From: an uncultured cyanobacterium
GTDB lineage: Bacteria; Cyanobacteriota; Cyanobacteriia; Cyanobacteriales; Cyanobacteriaceae
Length of the DNA stretch: 64,000 bases
Assembly (NCBI GenBank): GCA_963749915.1
Contig: CAVVOP010000022.1
Location: 544,001 to 608,000, forward strand
Reading direction: 5' to 3'
The position numbers and the translations under genes were made by a program. Of this stretch, positions 1 to 9,929 are shown one piece after another. Every line of letters begins with the position of its first letter. Position 1 is the first letter of the stretch. Under the pieces are notes generated by a model. The model had not been told where the DNA came from. It saw only the letters and a program-made list of their open reading frames with translations, and ran no database searches.

Positions 1-587
1 AAGGTAACCCACGCCCAGAAATTTTAGAGCAATTGTTACAAACTAGCTCAACGGTAGTGCAAGAAATTGACTCAGTGGAATACGGCTTAACGGATATTCA
101 GGAATATTATGCCAATACCGGAGGCCTAAAACGGGCGGCAGAAAAACAAAGCGGGAAAAAAGTTACGGCTAGTTTTGTGGAGAGTTTTTCACAGGATACC
201 ACCCCTCGCAAATTAGACCAAGTTTTACGGATGGAATACCGCACTAAGTTACTTAACCCTAAATGGGCAAACGCCATGGCTAATCAGGGTTCTGGTGGCG
301 CTTACGAAATATCACAACGGATGACAGCTTTAATCGGCTGGGGGGGAGTAGCGGATTTTACTGATAATTGGGCATATGATCAAGCAGTGGATACCTACGC
401 CTTAGATAAAGACATGGCGGATAAATTGAGAGAAGCGAACCCCGAAGCCTTCCGTAATATTATCGGTAGAATGTTAGAGGCTAATGGACGGGGTTTTTGG
501 GATGCGGATCAAGAGAAATTGGAGAAACTCAGAAGTTTATATGAGATGACGGAGGATGAATTGGAGGGAGTTACTGAGGTAAACTAA
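1..587 (+). CDS. bchH: Magnesium chelatase subunit H (CobN/ChlH/BchH family), C-terminal part; gene begins before the window
   Basis: EIDSVEYGLTDIQEYYANTGG, RTKLLNPKW and NPEAFRNIIGRMLEANGRGFW motifs; the frame is open to the window edge. Confidence 0.85.
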   Translation, partial: GNPRPEILEQLLQTSSTVVQEIDSVEYGLTDIQEYYANTGGLKRAAEKQSGKKVTASFVESFSQDTTPRKLDQVLRMEYRTKLLNPKWANAMANQGSGGAYEISQRMTALIGWGGVADFTDNWAYDQAVDTYALDKDMADKLREANPEAFRNIIGRMLEANGRGFWDADQEKLEKLRSLYEMTEDELEGVTEVN

Positions 588-613
588 ATCATCCAAATTA
601 GTAATATATAACT

Positions 614-637
614 TAAGGTTTTGAACCCAAAATCTTA
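614..637 (+). terminator. Stem-loop after the Mg-chelatase gene, possible terminator
   Basis: TAAGGTTTTG-aacc-CAAAATCTTA inverted repeat about 25 nt after the stop; no clear U-tract. Confidence 0.3.
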
Positions 638-710
638 CTATGAAAGAAACTTATAATTAATTGAAACGGTTTTAGTTTATAAACTGAAAATTATTAAAGG
701 AGAAAAGATC

Positions 711-3419
711 ATGACCACAGATAAAACCCATGATATCATGAGGTACAATTATAACCCCCTCGATTTTATGTTTGCACCGAAATCCGTTGCCTTAATTGGT
801 GCTAGTGAAAAAGAGGGTAGTGTCGGCCGCACTTTATTGTGGAATTTAATCAGTCATCCTTTTGGTGGCACGGTTTTCCCCATTAATCCTAAACGGAAAA
901 ATGTTCTCGGTATTAAGGCTTATAGTAGTATTAAAGATCTACCAGAAATCATAGATCTTGCCGTAATTGCAACTCCTGCGGTGACAGTACCGAATATTAT
1001 TCGGGACTGTGTCTCGGCAAAAGTGAAAGGAGCGATTATTATTTCTGCCGGATTTAGGGAAATTGGGGCACAAGGAATTGAATTGGAGCAAGAAGTCTTA
1101 ACAGAGGCTCGTAAAGGCAATTTACGCATTGTAGGTCCTAATTGCTTAGGTTTAATGTGTCCTCCCACTGGATTAAATGCTAGTTTTGCTAGTACTAGTG
1201 CCCGAACTGGTAATGTGGCTTTTATTAGTCAAAGTGGTGCTTTTTGCACTTCAATTCTCGATTGGAGTTTGAAGGAAAATCTCGGTTTTAGTGCTTTTAT
1301 CTCCGTTGGTTCGATGTTAGATGTTAATTGGGGGGATTTGATCTATTATTTAGGGGACGATCCTTTAACCAAAAGTATTGTCATCTACATGGAGTCAATC
1401 GGTGATGCAAGATCTTTTATTTCTGCCGCTAGGGAAGTTGCTTTAACAAAGCCGATTATTGTTATTAAAGGTGGGCGCACAGAGGAAGCTGCCAAAGCTG
1501 CATCATCCCACACGGGGGCCTTAACTAGCAGTGATAAAGTCTTAGCCGCTGCCTTCCGTCGTTGTGGAGTTTTACAAGTAGATACCGTCAAGGAGGTATT
1601 TAACGTAGCTGAGTTATTAGCTAAGCAACCTCGCCCCAAAGGTAGGCGCTTAAGTATCTTAACTAATGCCGGGGGACCAGGTGTTTTGGCAACGGATGCC
1701 CTAACATGGGGTAAAGGGCAATTGGCTTCCCTCAGTGAGACGACGGTACAGGCTTTAAACGAGATTTTACCTACCCATTGGAGTAAAAGTAATCCTATTG
1801 ATATTTTAGGGGATGCTACACCTCAACGTTATGCTCAAGCCCTAGAAATTGCGGCAAAAGATGAAAATAGTGATGCCTTGTTAGTTATACTAACTCCTCA
1901 AGACATGACGGATCCCACTCAAACAGCAGAAGAGTTAACTAAGATGAATGGCAAGATTATAGGTAAACCCATTTTGGCTAGTTGGATGGGAGGAAGTAGC
2001 GTAGCTACGGGGGTAGAAATCCTCAATCGGGCAAACATTTACACCCAAGCCTATCCTGATGATGCGGCGAGGTTATTTAATCTGATGTGGCGTTCTAGTT
2101 ATAATCTTCAAGGTTTGTACGAAATTCCCAGTTTTTCTGAGTCGGATAATCTCATTAATCGGGATTTAGCCACCAACATTATTAGTTATGCCCATCAAAC
2201 TAAACGCACTTTATTGACAGAATACGAATCTAAGCAGCTTTTAGAGGCTTATGCTATTCCCACCGTTACTACTATCATCGCTCAAAATATCGAAGACGCC
2301 ATCACCTCGGCGGAAAAGACGGGTTATCCCGTGGTGATGAAGCTACACTCAGAAACTATCACCCATAAAACCGATGTCGGAGGGGTTAAGTTAAATTTAA
2401 CTAGCCCAGAGGATATTAAACAAGCCTTTCTCGCTATTCAAAATAAGGTTAGTGAAGCTGACTTTTTAGGGGTAACAGTACAACCAATGGTTAATCTTGA
2501 GGGTTATGAGTTAATTTTAGGTAGTACTGTAGATCCCCAATTTGGCCCCGTGTTATTATTTGGTACGGGAGGCCAATTAGTAGAAGTGTATCAGGATCAG
2601 GCTTTGGGTCTTCCTCCTCTTAATAGTACTTTAGCTCGGCGCATGATGGAGCAAACGAAAATTTATAGGGCTTTACAGGGCATTAGAGGGCGAAAACCTG
2701 TAGATTTAGAGAAATTAGAGCAAATTTTAGTATTCTTTAGTCAATTGGTGATCGAACAACCTTTAATTAAGGAAATTGACATTAATCCCCTGTTAGTGGG
2801 AGAAAATCAGTTAATTGCTTTAGACGCACGGGTGTTATTATATGACCCTGAAACTGATAAAAATGACATCACTCTTCCTGCCATTCGTCCTTATCCTAAT
2901 CAACATATATCTCTGGCTCAATTAGCCGACGGTAAACAGATTACAATTCGTCCTATTCGCCCAGAAGATGAACCACAAGTAGTCGATTTCTGTACCGGTT
3001 TATCTCAAGAAACTGTTTATTTACGTTTTTTCCAGTCTATCAGTTATCAGTCTTTGATTTCCCATGAACGTCTTGCCCGGATTTGCTTTGTCGATTACGA
3101 TCAAGAAATTGCTCTAGTGGCTAGTTATCGCCATCCTGATACTAATGAAAGGGAAATTTTGGCCATCGCACGTTTAAGTAGAATACACGGCAATACGGAA
3201 CAGGCAGAGTTGGGCTTATTAGTCAAAGACAATTATCAGAGGCAGGGATTAGGGACATTATTGGGGCAAAGTTTAATTGAAATAGCAGAAAAAGAGGGTA
3301 TTAAAACAATTATTGCCGATATTTTACCCCGTAATCAAGGAGTGCAGAGTTTGTGTAAAAAATTGGGCTTTAAATTGGAAAAAAGTTCTGATTTAGTCAG
3401 AGCAATTTACGTTTTATAA
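711..3419 (+). CDS. Acetate-CoA ligase (ADP-forming) family protein fused to a GNAT domain (Pat-type protein lysine acetyltransferase)
   Basis: CoA-binding N-terminus ([13 protein letters not shown]), [17 protein letters not shown]-grasp HKTDVGGV, C-terminal GNAT (YQRQGLGT). Confidence 0.92.
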   Translation: MTTDKTHDIMRYNYNPLDFMFAPKSVALIGASEKEGSVGRTLLWNLISHPFGGTVFPINPKRKNVLGIKAYSSIKDLPEIIDLAVIATPAVTVPNIIRDCVSAKVKGAIIISAGFREIGAQGIELEQEVLTEARKGNLRIVGPNCLGLMCPPTGLNASFASTSARTGNVAFISQSGAFCTSILDWSLKENLGFSAFISVGSMLDVNWGDLIYYLGDDPLTKSIVIYMESIGDARSFISAAREVALTKPIIVIKGGRTEEAAKAASSHTGALTSSDKVLAAAFRRCGVLQVDTVKEVFNVAELLAKQPRPKGRRLSILTNAGGPGVLATDALTWGKGQLASLSETTVQALNEILPTHWSKSNPIDILGDATPQRYAQALEIAAKDENSDALLVILTPQDMTDPTQTAEELTKMNGKIIGKPILASWMGGSSVATGVEILNRANIYTQAYPDDAARLFNLMWRSSYNLQGLYEIPSFSESDNLINRDLATNIISYAHQTKRTLLTEYESKQLLEAYAIPTVTTIIAQNIEDAITSAEKTGYPVVMKLHSETITHKTDVGGVKLNLTSPEDIKQAFLAIQNKVSEADFLGVTVQPMVNLEGYELILGSTVDPQFGPVLLFGTGGQLVEVYQDQALGLPPLNSTLARRMMEQTKIYRALQGIRGRKPVDLEKLEQILVFFSQLVIEQPLIKEIDINPLLVGENQLIALDARVLLYDPETDKNDITLPAIRPYPNQHISLAQLADGKQITIRPIRPEDEPQVVDFCTGLSQETVYLRFFQSISYQSLISHERLARICFVDYDQEIALVASYRHPDTNEREILAIARLSRIHGNTEQAELGLLVKDNYQRQGLGTLLGQSLIEIAEKEGIKTIIADILPRNQGVQSLCKKLGFKLEKSSDLVRAIYVL

Positions 3420-3421
3420 TT

Positions 3422-5899
3422 TTATTTTAAAACGGCTACCGTAACCCCGGCACCACCCTCGTTTTGAGGAGCTAGTTCAAAATTACTAACTTGAGGGTGA
3501 TGTTTCAAAAATTCATGAACTCCTGCCCGTAGGCTTCCTGTCCCTTTCCCGTGTATGATCCACAATGATCCCATATCGGTAGCATCAGCGATCGCCTTTT
3601 CCAACATTGGTTCAGCTAAATGCACTCTTTTGCCGCGAATATCGACAGTATTTTGGGACGTTCTCACATTAATAGGCTTAGACGCAGGTTTAGACGAGGT
3701 GACTTGTTTAGAAGGTTGTTTATTAACTGTTACTTTCGTTTTTTCAGGGGTTTGGTCAACTTTTTCAAAGCGTTTGCCGTCTAAAGATTCAATATCTGTG
3801 AAGGGTATTACCATTTTCATGATACCGAAACGGACGCTTAATTGCTCCGTGGCCTCATCAACTGTTAAAACCTCTGCGGTTTGCCCAATGCTTAAAATCC
3901 GCACTTTTTCGCCAACTTTTGGCTTATAGCTTGATTTTACTTGAGATTGCTCTACAGGACTTAAAAAGCGATCGCTAATTTTGGTTAAAGTTTCTGTCGC
4001 TTGGTGAGCATCTTGAGCAGTCGGCTCACCTTTTTTCTGTAATTCCTTGATAACTTGAGCAATTTGACTTTTAGCATCAAATAATAGTTTTTGTACCTCT
4101 TTTTCTTGCTGTAGCTTCAAATCTCTTTCCCTAGCTTGTAAAGACAAGGCTTTTTCTTCTACTTGCTGATAAAATAACTCCGTTTTAGTTAATAAATCTT
4201 GTGCCTGTTTATGTTTATTTTCCTGTTCCCTGCGTTGATTTTCAAGTGCCGCAATTAACTCATTGACATCCTGAGAAAAACCCCCTACTAATTCTTGTGC
4301 CTCGGCGACAATATCCGAAGGTAAACCCAATCTTTGGGCAATAGTAATGGCATTTGATCGTCCCGGAATGCCCCATAATAGTCGATAGGTAGGCTGTAAA
4401 CTCACGTCATCAAATTCGACGGAGGCATTTTCAAAACGAGAATCATTATATTTCAAACTCTTTAACTCTCCGTAGTGGGTGGTGGCAATGGTTAACAGGT
4501 TATGTTCTGCTAAGTATTTCAATATAGCTATGGCGATCGCCGTGCCTTCACTGGGATCCGTACCTGCACCTACTTCATCCAACAACACCAAACACCCCCC
4601 TCTAGTTAAAGACATTCCCCCCGACGGCACCCCCCCCTTGACGAAGAGAGGTTGGCAGGAATCTAAAGCTTCAATAATGCGAATAATACGGCGAATATGG
4701 CCGGAAAAAGTCGATAGACTTTGTTCTAAGGATTGTTCATCGCCAATGTCAGCTAATATCTTATTAAACCAAGGAATTTGAGCGGGATGTTTAGCAGGAA
4801 TATATAAACCCACTTTTGCCATTAATGCCGCAATACCGATGGTTTTCAGGGCAACGGTTTTACCCCCAGTATTTGGTCCTGTAATAGCTACAACCCTTGT
4901 CTCTGGGGTGATCAACACATCAATAGGGACAACTTCATTGCCCTCCTCCTGTTTTTCCTGCCACACTAACAACGGGTGTCGAACTTTTCTTAAACTGATA
5001 CTTTCCCCGTCCTGAAAATTCACAAATTCTGGAGGATACCCGTTTAACCATAAACTATAACGGGCTTTGGCTGTGGCTAAATCTAAAGCTGTGGCAATAG
5101 CTAATAATTGTTCTAATTCTGGCCAAACTTGGGCTACTTTTTCCGTTAATTGCCGTAAAATCTTTTCTTCTTCCTTTTTTTCCTGATTACGGCTAGTTTG
5201 TAAGTTATTCCCTAAATCAATAATAATCCTCGGTTCTAAATACAACGTTGAGCCACTGGTAGAGGTATCATGGACTATACCTTGAATTTGCCCACTATGA
5301 CTTGATTTGACAGGCAACACAAAGCGATTGCCTCTTTGAGTGATAACAGCCTCTTGTAAAGCATTGCTATTTTTTTGAATAATACCCTGTAAAGTTTGCT
5401 GAATTTTACTGCGTAAAGCTTTTATTTTTTGGCGTATTTCACCTAATTGAGGACTAGCCCTTTCTGTGATCTCCCCACGATCATCTATACAATAGTGAAT
5501 TTCTTGCTCTAATTCAGGAAAAGTTCTTAAATCATTAACCAATTTTTGAAGGGTAAAAGTCTTTTCTTCCTCCTCAATTACCCGTCTTAATTTGCGCACT
5601 CCCGATAAAGTTGTCGCTAAATTTAACAACTCATCACCGCTTAAAATGCCGCCAATTTTTGCTCTTTCAATGGAATCCCCAATATCATGAATACCATTAA
5701 AAGACCAATTAGCATTTATGTTAGTTTCTATTTGACAAACTTCCTTCGTCTGCTCTAATAAATGCTCAGTTTCGGTGATACTCGAGGGTATGGGCAAGTT
5801 ACTAGATGCCATCGCACCTAATTTAGTAGCAGCAAAAGTGGAGAGATGTTGACACAACCTCTGCCATTCTAATAAACGGAAAGTTTCTTGTTCAATCAA
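3422..5899 (-). CDS. mutS2: Endonuclease MutS2
   Basis: ITGPNTGGKT Walker A, ADIGDEQSLEQSLSTFSGH, LLDEVGAGTDP, C-terminal Smr domain (IIHGKGTGSLR...GGAGVT). Confidence 0.96.
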   Translation of the reverse strand: MIEQETFRLLEWQRLCQHLSTFAATKLGAMASSNLPIPSSITETEHLLEQTKEVCQIETNINANWSFNGIHDIGDSIERAKIGGILSGDELLNLATTLSGVRKLRRVIEEEEKTFTLQKLVNDLRTFPELEQEIHYCIDDRGEITERASPQLGEIRQKIKALRSKIQQTLQGIIQKNSNALQEAVITQRGNRFVLPVKSSHSGQIQGIVHDTSTSGSTLYLEPRIIIDLGNNLQTSRNQEKKEEEKILRQLTEKVAQVWPELEQLLAIATALDLATAKARYSLWLNGYPPEFVNFQDGESISLRKVRHPLLVWQEKQEEGNEVVPIDVLITPETRVVAITGPNTGGKTVALKTIGIAALMAKVGLYIPAKHPAQIPWFNKILADIGDEQSLEQSLSTFSGHIRRIIRIIEALDSCQPLFVKGGVPSGGMSLTRGGCLVLLDEVGAGTDPSEGTAIAIAILKYLAEHNLLTIATTHYGELKSLKYNDSRFENASVEFDDVSLQPTYRLLWGIPGRSNAITIAQRLGLPSDIVAEAQELVGGFSQDVNELIAALENQRREQENKHKQAQDLLTKTELFYQQVEEKALSLQARERDLKLQQEKEVQKLLFDAKSQIAQVIKELQKKGEPTAQDAHQATETLTKISDRFLSPVEQSQVKSSYKPKVGEKVRILSIGQTAEVLTVDEATEQLSVRFGIMKMVIPFTDIESLDGKRFEKVDQTPEKTKVTVNKQPSKQVTSSKPASKPINVRTSQNTVDIRGKRVHLAEPMLEKAIADATDMGSLWIIHGKGTGSLRAGVHEFLKHHPQVSNFELAPQNEGGAGVTVAVLK
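4594..4660. repeat. GC-rich palindromic small dispersed repeat inserted in frame in mutS2
   Basis: C-tract/G-tract sequence encodes an extra CQPLFVKGGVPSGGMSLTRGG segment just before the Walker B motif; it resembles the repeats in the DUF1156 gene. Confidence 0.55.
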
Positions 5900-5948
5900 G
5901 GCTTAATCATGGGATAACAGTCTCATTAATTATCAATAGTACATCAAA

Positions 5949-6305
5949 TTAACGAACTAAGAGACTATGATCATAACTTGGGGCTTTACTGTCAACGGAC
6001 TTAATCTGATATTTGACTAGATTAGCTAATTCTTCTAATTGGCTGATAGCTTCTGCACCTTCTAACTTCATTAATTCTCTGTCGTCTTGCATTTCAGTCC
6101 AAGTAATACCATAATCAGAGACGAGAAAACGAATTAAATGATTGTCCCCCAGGCTGACCATAAAGGAAGCACTAGTTAAATTAGTACCACAAGTGTAACA
6201 CGAGGCAATGTAGTTTCTTTTTTCCAAAACGATTGCTAAGGCTTGAAGATTCATCACTAAATCCTTAACAAATTCCCGATACTGATGTGCTAATCGAATA
6301 AACAT
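5949..6305 (-). CDS. Conserved cyanobacterial protein (DUF1815-like)
   Basis: MFIRLAHQYREFVKDLVMNLQALA...ASCYTCG...SASFMVSLGDNHLIRFLVSDYGITWTEM; start taken at the internal ATG. Confidence 0.75.
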   Translation of the reverse strand: MFIRLAHQYREFVKDLVMNLQALAIVLEKRNYIASCYTCGTNLTSASFMVSLGDNHLIRFLVSDYGITWTEMQDDRELMKLEGAEAISQLEELANLVKYQIKSVDSKAPSYDHSLLVR

Positions 6306-6524
6306 TGATTCCTCCTGATGACACCATACTAATTTCAAAGATTCTTAATATTTTTTTAAGATTCTCTCCTTGGATTATATGATATTTTTTCCAAAAAGTG
6401 CAAAATTCCCAATATTTGCTCTAATATCAACATATACCACATAGACGATAATTGATCAATAAGGGAATGGAGAATAAGGAGACAGTTAATTATTTATTAT
6501 AATTCCGAACCCCCGAAATCATCA

Positions 6525-8174
6525 TCAATTACCCATTGCCAAACTGGACTCTATAGCGGTTGAGTTTGTTCCCGCAATTTGGACATAAGATTGACGGATT
6601 TCCCCATTTACCGCTACAGTTTTCGCATCATATAGTTGAGTAGCCAATTTGGGATATAATCCAACACTGATAATTAAGGCTAAGAAACAAGTGGCAATAA
6701 ATATCTCTCTTGGTTTGGCATCTTCGTAAACCGCTTCACCTGGTAAAACACAGTTAGTGCCAAAACAGACAGCAGGATCATTCTCAAAGTTTTCTTTTTC
6801 TTCAGTATCTCCAATAACACACATTTGAATTTTATCTGTGCCATAGAATAGTTGCCTTAACATCGAGAGTAGATAAATAGGAGTCAAAATTAAACCCACC
6901 GCACTAAGAATTACCGTTACGGTGCGGAAACTTGAGTCATAAACATCACTATTACTAAAACCAACAAATACTGCTAATTCACTGACAAAACCACTCATGC
7001 CGGGTAAGGCTAAAGAAGCCATGGCACCAGCCGTAAATAGGGCGAATACTTTGGGCATTGCTTTTCCTATATCCCCCATTTCATCTAAGAACATTGTATG
7101 TGTGCGATCGTATGTTACCCCTGCAAGGAAGAATAATAAGGAGGCGATTAAACCATGAGATAACATTTGCAACATGGCACCACTGATACCTAAATCAGTA
7201 AAAGAAGCGATACCGATTAATACAAAACCCATGTGGGAAACGGAAGAATAGGCTAAACGGCGTTTCATGTTAGTTTGACCAAAAGAGGCAAAACCGCCAT
7301 AAACTATGTTTACAACGCCTAAAATCACTAACACAGGAGCAAAATAAACATGGGCTTCAGGTAATAATCCTAAATTAAGGCGAATTAAGCCGTAACCTCC
7401 CATTTTCAACAAAACTCCCGCTAAAATCATTGACACAGGAGAAGAGGCTTCTCCATGTGCATCAGGTAGCCATGTATGAAGGGGAAAAACCGCCAATTTG
7501 ACACCGAAGGCAATTAATAAACCGCCATAGAGGAGAACTTCTAAACTGATGGGATATTCTTTTAACCCTAATGCCACCATATCGAAGGTGATTTCTCCAC
7601 CACCATATAAAGCCATGGCTAAACCAGCGATAAGGATAAAAACAGAGGCGAAAGCAGTGTATAGCAAAAATTTTGTAGCGGCATAACGTCTTTTTTGTCC
7701 ACCCCAAATAGAGACTAATAAATAGACAGGTACTAATTCTAATTCCCACATGATAAATAGTAGTAAAATATCTTGGGCAACAAATACTCCTATTTGTGCG
7801 GAGTATAGTACTAACATTAAAAAGTAAAATAAACGGGGTTTTCGATCGACTTGCCAAGCAGAAAAGATTGATAAAGTGGTAACTAAACCGGCTAAAAGCA
7901 CTAAAGGCATAGATAAACCATCTACCGATACCGACCAACTTAAACCCAGTTGGGGAATCCATGAATACTGTTCGACAAGTTGTAAACTGGCATTACTTGT
8001 ATCGTAGTGTTGCCAAAAAACGTAGCACATTAAAATAAAATCAATTAATCCGACTCCTAAAGCATACCATCGTAGGTTTTTACCTTCTTTATCCGGCACC
8101 AAGGGAATAAGTAGTGCAGCAGCGAGAGGAAAGGCAATTATTACGGTAAGCCAGGGAAATTGATCCGTTATCAT
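6525..8174 (-). CDS. ndhD2: NDH-1 subunit 4 (NdhD2 type)
   Basis: NuoM/NdhD motifs ([41 protein letters not shown]); Cys-containing C-terminal loop (CFGTNCVLP) as in NdhD2. Confidence 0.88.
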   Translation of the reverse strand: MITDQFPWLTVIIAFPLAAALLIPLVPDKEGKNLRWYALGVGLIDFILMCYVFWQHYDTSNASLQLVEQYSWIPQLGLSWSVSVDGLSMPLVLLAGLVTTLSIFSAWQVDRKPRLFYFLMLVLYSAQIGVFVAQDILLLFIMWELELVPVYLLVSIWGGQKRRYAATKFLLYTAFASVFILIAGLAMALYGGGEITFDMVALGLKEYPISLEVLLYGGLLIAFGVKLAVFPLHTWLPDAHGEASSPVSMILAGVLLKMGGYGLIRLNLGLLPEAHVYFAPVLVILGVVNIVYGGFASFGQTNMKRRLAYSSVSHMGFVLIGIASFTDLGISGAMLQMLSHGLIASLLFFLAGVTYDRTHTMFLDEMGDIGKAMPKVFALFTAGAMASLALPGMSGFVSELAVFVGFSNSDVYDSSFRTVTVILSAVGLILTPIYLLSMLRQLFYGTDKIQMCVIGDTEEKENFENDPAVCFGTNCVLPGEAVYEDAKPREIFIATCFLALIISVGLYPKLATQLYDAKTVAVNGEIRQSYVQIAGTNSTAIESSLAMGN

Positions 8175-8222
8175 AATTACTTGAATTTAATTTTTAATTT
8201 TTAGTGTAATCATCATACTATG

Positions 8223-8241
8223 TTTTGTTAACTTTTGTTAA
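8223..8241 (-). promoter_or_regulatory. Direct repeat upstream of ndhD2, HLR1/RpaB-like site
   Basis: TTTTGTTAA-c-TTTTGTTAA with a 10-bp period, about 50 nt upstream of the start; an OmpR-type tandem arrangement. Confidence 0.35.
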
Positions 8242-8398
8242 AATTCATCTGATAGATCCCTTGGAAAATTAAAATCAGAATCAACCATGAGCGGGAAATC
8301 ATCAATTTTAACAATTATTGCCCATTTCCCATCCCCCATTCCCCACTTCTCCAAGAATTCTAAATGTTGTTTTGCTAATTCTTCATTGTTAATTATCT

Positions 8399-9517
8399 AT
8401 GTATGATTGTATTATAGTTGGTTCAGGTCCAGCTGGTGGCACTGCGGCTTATCATTTGGCGAAAAAAGGGCATTCGATTTTGATTTTAGATAAGGCAGAT
8501 TTACCCCGTTATAAACCCTGTGGCGGTGGTGTTTCTTCTGTAATTCAAGAATGGTTCGATTTTGATTTTACCCCTGCTATTTCTTTAAAAACCAACACGG
8601 TTTATTGTACATGGGAACATGAAAAAGCCATCGCCGTAGATATGAAAGATTATCCGATTTGGATGGTGCGAAGGGATGTATTTGATTATTTTTTAGTACG
8701 ACAAGCCGTCAAACAGGGTGCAATATTGCAGGATAAAACAGAGGTTATTGATGTTGATTATAAAGGCGATCGTTGGATTGTGAAAACCTCTCAGGAAGAA
8801 TTTTTCGGACGTTATCTCATCGCCGCCGACGGTGCAAAAGGTACGATGGTGAAATTATTGGATTTCAAAAAACAAAAAAAATTAGTCTCCGGGGCCCTAG
8901 AAATCGAAATCCCTTTTGAGAATCCATCTAATGATACTTATTTTGAATTTGGCTTTGTGCACCATGGTTATGCTTGGAATTTTCCGAAAGCTGATGGTTT
9001 TTCAATGGGTGCTGGGGTTTTTGCCCAACAACGCAAGGCTCAAAACTACCATAAAATTATCGCCCATTACGCTAGTTTATTCGATCTTACCCTCGATAAT
9101 GCCATAGAACATGGACATCCCATCGCCTTATGGAATGGGGATCAAAAATTACACACCGATAACGCAATTTTAGCGGGGGAAGCGGCCTGTGTGGTTGATC
9201 CTTTTACTGCTGAGGGTATTCGCCCGTCTATTTTTAGCGGTTTAAAAGCCTCGGAAGCAATCCACAACGCCTTATCTGGGGATATTAACGCCTTAGAAAA
9301 ATATAGCGAAATTATGGTAGAACAATGGGGGAAAGAGATGATTTGGGCACAAAGATTATCACAAGTATTTTATCGTTTCCCTCGATTGGGGTATCAAGTC
9401 ATGGAAAAACGTCCTTCTTCAGCTTCGACGATGACGAAAATTTTTAGCGGGAAATTAAGTTATTCTCAAGTCGCACAAAAAGGTATTAATTTGTTAACTA
9501 AATCTCTCCTGCAGTGA
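8399..9517 (+). CDS. Geranylgeranyl reductase family FAD-dependent oxidoreductase
   Basis: IIVGSGPAG, PRYKPCGGG, LIAADGA, LAGEAACVVDPFTAEGIRPS. Confidence 0.9.
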   Translation: MYDCIIVGSGPAGGTAAYHLAKKGHSILILDKADLPRYKPCGGGVSSVIQEWFDFDFTPAISLKTNTVYCTWEHEKAIAVDMKDYPIWMVRRDVFDYFLVRQAVKQGAILQDKTEVIDVDYKGDRWIVKTSQEEFFGRYLIAADGAKGTMVKLLDFKKQKKLVSGALEIEIPFENPSNDTYFEFGFVHHGYAWNFPKADGFSMGAGVFAQQRKAQNYHKIIAHYASLFDLTLDNAIEHGHPIALWNGDQKLHTDNAILAGEAACVVDPFTAEGIRPSIFSGLKASEAIHNALSGDINALEKYSEIMVEQWGKEMIWAQRLSQVFYRFPRLGYQVMEKRPSSASTMTKIFSGKLSYSQVAQKGINLLTKSLLQ

Positions 9518-9900
9518 CATGCTCCCGACTTTGATGCTTACGCATACAGAGCGGGCTTCTCATCGACTCCAGCTATTGCTTCGGACGTTAGATGAGCTTT
9601 AAGAACGGAATGCCCTACCGCTGTGTATTTGATGTTTCTGGCTGCGTTGTGGTCACGGTCAAGAGAACATCCGCAATTTGAGCAGGAATGCCATCGGTCG
9701 GAAAGCTCTTTCTTGACCTTGTAACCACAATTCGAGCAGTCTTGAGAAGTACCCTTTGGATTCACCGCAATCGTAAGCAATCCGGCTCTTTCAGCCTTGA
9801 TTGAGAGAATTGAGAGGAATTGACCCCAGCCAGCATCATGGGTTGATTTTGCGAGTCTTGTTCTCGCAAACCTTTTGATATTTAACTTTTCATGTGCAAT
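9514..9900 (-). pseudogene. tnpB: IS200/IS605-family tnpB 3' fragment with transposon right end
   Basis: Minus frame IAHEKLNIK...HDAGWGQF...[14 protein letters not shown]...[18 protein letters not shown] (RuvC-II Glu, Zn finger, RuvC-III Asp); the N-terminal two thirds are missing; followed by GAAG-CCCGC...GTCGGG-AGCATG-TCAC. Confidence 0.88.
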
Positions 9901-9929
9901 TTGGGCGCATGGTAGGAGAGTATTTATAC

